Source: Vicugna vicugna
Taxonomy: Eukaryota
Length of the DNA stretch: 64,000 nucleotides
Reading direction: 5' to 3'
Assembly: GCA_013265495.1 (NCBI GenBank)
Contig: MU058444.1
Location: 2,356,001-2,420,000 of the forward strand
This document shows, piece after piece, positions 61,160 to 64,000 of the stretch. The notes below the pieces were generated by a model. The model did not search any database, was not told where the DNA came from, and worked only from the letters and a program-made list of their open reading frames with translations. Positions within the stretch are counted from its first letter, which is position 1, and each line of letters opens with the position of its first letter. Position numbers and translations under genes: made by a program.

Positions 61160-64000
61160 GTGAGCTATTGTTTGCGGGGGGTTCCTCGCACGCCGAAGCC
61201 TGAGCCCCGGGCAGGGCCTTTCCTGGGCATCGGGGTCCCCCGGAACGGGAGGCCCGCCCCCTCCAGCCCCTCTGGACCCGGTGCGCTCCCCATTAGAGCA
61301 CTCGGGTCTGCAGACATGAACTCTCCCACCCCTAACTTGGCGCTGTGTCGCAGCCGAGAAATGGGCACTTTGGATCCTCGTGCATCCCTGCGTTGACCAT
61401 AAAGCCTTGACTCCTTTCGTGCACTTGAAGGGAGAGGCAATTTCAGATTTAGGGAACTGGCAGATGGAAGAAGTTGGAGATTGGTCTGTGTGTATTTTGA
61501 GGAGCAGTTTTTTAAGAGTGTTAGGAGATAATGATCTATCACATTCAAGACGCACACACTCCCTCTCTTCCCTCCTGCCTCCTCCCCTTTCTTCATAAGC
61601 AGCCAAAGGTATCCTGTAGTTGGCGTCCGGGAGGCTTTCCCGGGGTCGCTGGCGCAGTGCGGACGCGGGAGGCGCGGCGGCGGCGCTGCAGTCGCCTCCC
61701 TGCGGCCACCAGGACACCTGGCCCGGGCTTGCTGCGGCAGCGGCCTCGGCCGGCCAGTGCTGTGCCCATCCTGCGGCTCCCAAGCCAGTGCTGCCTTTTC
61801 CTGTGTGGGGTTGGTTTTTGCTTGTTTTGTTTTCTTTACTCGCATAATGAAACTGCAGTTAGAGTGGCAAGGTGCAAGTGGCATGACTGAATTTGTGGAG
61901 TTTCAAATAACCACTAAGGTGGACTCTTACTTTGGAAGACTTAGGAGATTGGAGAAATTGGGTCATAAAAAAGTAATTTGTAAAATTCAGGAGAACAGTT
62001 CAAGAATCTGACAATACTTACATTTTGTTACTTGCTTGTAGGATCTCAAAATCAGTGTGGTTTGCTAACAATACAAAATCAAGCGTACAGCTCTGCATAG
62101 AGGCTCAACCACTGATGTTCTTAGGGCCTGCAACGTATTACCATGTGTAACCATTAAAGGAAACTCCAAAAGGCGTTGCCTAATGCATTTCTTAAGTGCC
62201 AGAATCATTAAGATGGGAAACAAGAGATCGAGTTTTCTTACGTGCAACTTGTTTCCTAAAACGAAAATAAGCATTCTCTCATTCGGCTGTTCTGATTTGA
62301 AGTTGGAAGGGCCTTGCTTGCAGACTCTGTGTACAGTGAGGATGCTGGATCGGGGTGCTGGCTGCACTACAAGTCAGGTGGACTTCGTCAGTCCCTGGCA
62401 CTCGGGCTGACAGGTAGCACCTCGTCGCGTGTAGGTAGCTCACAGGTTTCATGATACCGCAGCCCACTGCAGTGAGAGCCCACATTCCCATCCGCTGTGG
62501 GGTGGTCTTTGAGGAGAGTTCCGGAGTCTGCCTTGCAGGGCACATCAGGACGGGAATTGTATACCGAATTGCCTCACAGTGGTCTGGTGGAGTAATTTAA
62601 AGCAACAGCAAAACTGAATTAACCTCCTGCAAACAGTGGGAGAAATAATTAACAGAAAAGTAGGAAGGTCGTCTTTACTTTCTATTTCTCATTGACTAAG
62701 ATTTGTGAGTGAGCTGAAATGGACTGCAGATCCTTGAAACACTCCATAGGCACAGCATAGTAACTAATTTGCCCCAAACTCTGCATTTATAACAACAAAA
62801 AGAAACTAAATAGCAGTGATGGTTTTCTGAGCTATTACTTCAGTACAGTTGTTACCATCCTGAGTCTTGCTGCAGCCATTTGTTAAGTTTCAAGTACACA
62901 CAAGAACATCATTTATCTCTTTTGGCAGCCAAATGCCGGACTGCCCTGCAGTCGGATTACAGATATTTCTTTTTAGATGCGTTCATTTCTGTTCTTTGCA
63001 TCAGTTTTCTCAAGGATACTAGTAATAAGCAGACTGAGCCATTGAGAGAATGTGGTATTTAGGTTCCATTGTTATTTTCTGATTTGTTTGTTGCTAATTG
63101 ATCATTTCCTTCTCCAAGTAATGGCATGTTATTAATTGTTTCTTACCTGTAAGTTTATGTGACGCTAATGCATTGCAGAATTCAATAAATATTAAATCAG
63201 CCAATCAGTCCTTTTCAGAAGTTAATTTAACAGAATTCATACCTTTTTCCTTATGGTAGGTTTTCATTAAAAAAGAGTAATTGACATCATCTCCAAGTTA
63301 TACATTTAAAGTTTGGGGGTCAGGATGGAGGAGGATTGTCCACAGCCAAATCTTTTAGTCCAAGAAGTGAAAATCAAGATGGAAAGGTATATATATTGTT
63401 TTGACTTTTTATGATAGTTAGCAGTGTCACCCAAGAGAAGACAAAAGCGTCGGGGAAAACAGTTAAGAGAGTTTGCTATCAGGTATGTAGAAGATGATCC
63501 ACCAAGCCCTTTTTCCCTTTAGATTCTCAACCAGATTGAGAACACACAGGAGAAACCAGAAGGAAATTAACACACTAACTTTATTCAGGGTAAAGTCAGG
63601 CTGAAGAGCATGGCTTGGGCTCAAGTCCAAAATGGCACATCTTGGTCCTTTTCCCTAACTCTGCACACCCTCCCAGTCACCCCTGAAGGACTACAGCCCT
63701 TCCCAACACAAGGGCAGGAAGGGCACAAATTCCTAATTGATGGGTTGGGAAGACACATCAGGAAGAAGAGAAATCTCCACCCTAAGCTGTGTTGCGACCA
63801 ATTCAGGGAGAAGGAGGAATTACAGATGACTCATATTTTGAGCCCCAGTGCAGGAAGTTTTGGAGGAAAAGGTGACCAAGCCACACTGAATTGCACACCC
63901 ATTGCAGCAGAGGTGTCAGAGGGCATCCGTGTGAAACTGGACATCCGTGGAAACATGGGTGGAGAGGTCAGAACCAGAGACAGATAGGAGTCACCAGCAT

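Larger units (their letters stand above)
59680..61760. promoter_or_regulatory. CpG island / DST promoter, probably bidirectional with BEND6
   Basis: Very GC- and CpG-rich. GC boxes (GGGCGGGGCGGGG near 60741), CCAAT near 60452, TGACATCA near 60808. Surrounds DST exon 1. Boundaries approximate. Confidence 0.9.

Noticed and set aside
60083..61783. 566-aa minus-strand ORF in frame with DST exon 1, suggesting a long N-terminal extension
   Set aside because: Begins at TTG with no ATG before 60310. The upstream part is mostly low-complexity R/P/A/G from the CpG island, where stops are rare, and the 3' end runs past the splice donor. Only Ribo-seq or cross-species frame conservation would revive it.
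60170..61890. Other overlapping ORFs on both strands in the CpG island
   Set aside because: Expected from extreme GC content; no recognisable domain.
1..64000. CRISPR array, operon or other prokaryote-type novel system
   Set aside because: The sequence is mammalian intron and promoter DNA; no regularly spaced repeat-spacer array or gene cluster is present.

Overview
Mammalian genomic DNA, most likely a camelid (alpaca/llama/camel), judged from about 20 copies of a tRNA-derived SINE resembling the camelid Vic-1 family. The window holds the 5' end of dystonin (DST/BPAG1) on the minus strand, in its transmembrane-anchored a2/b2 form: coding exon 1 (60130-60310), a 35-nt exon 2 (59526-59560) and exon 3 (13913-14113). 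Together they splice in frame to 139 codons. A CpG island at about 59.7-61.8 kb is the DST promoter and probably also drives the divergent BEND6 gene. The rest is intron: SINEs, nested L1 fragments, MER41-like and other solo LTRs, old DNA transposons, and an NPM1 processed pseudogene split by an L1. I found no convincing new protein-coding system. The best leads are structural or regulatory: a locally copied L1 segment at the broken end of the NPM1 retrocopy, an exact 436-bp tandem duplication, two uORFs overlapping an ARE in the DST leader, a GAS motif in a MER41-like LTR, and a GC-shifted exon 3 flanked by inverted SINEs. Gene and repeat family names come from recalled sequences, not database searches.
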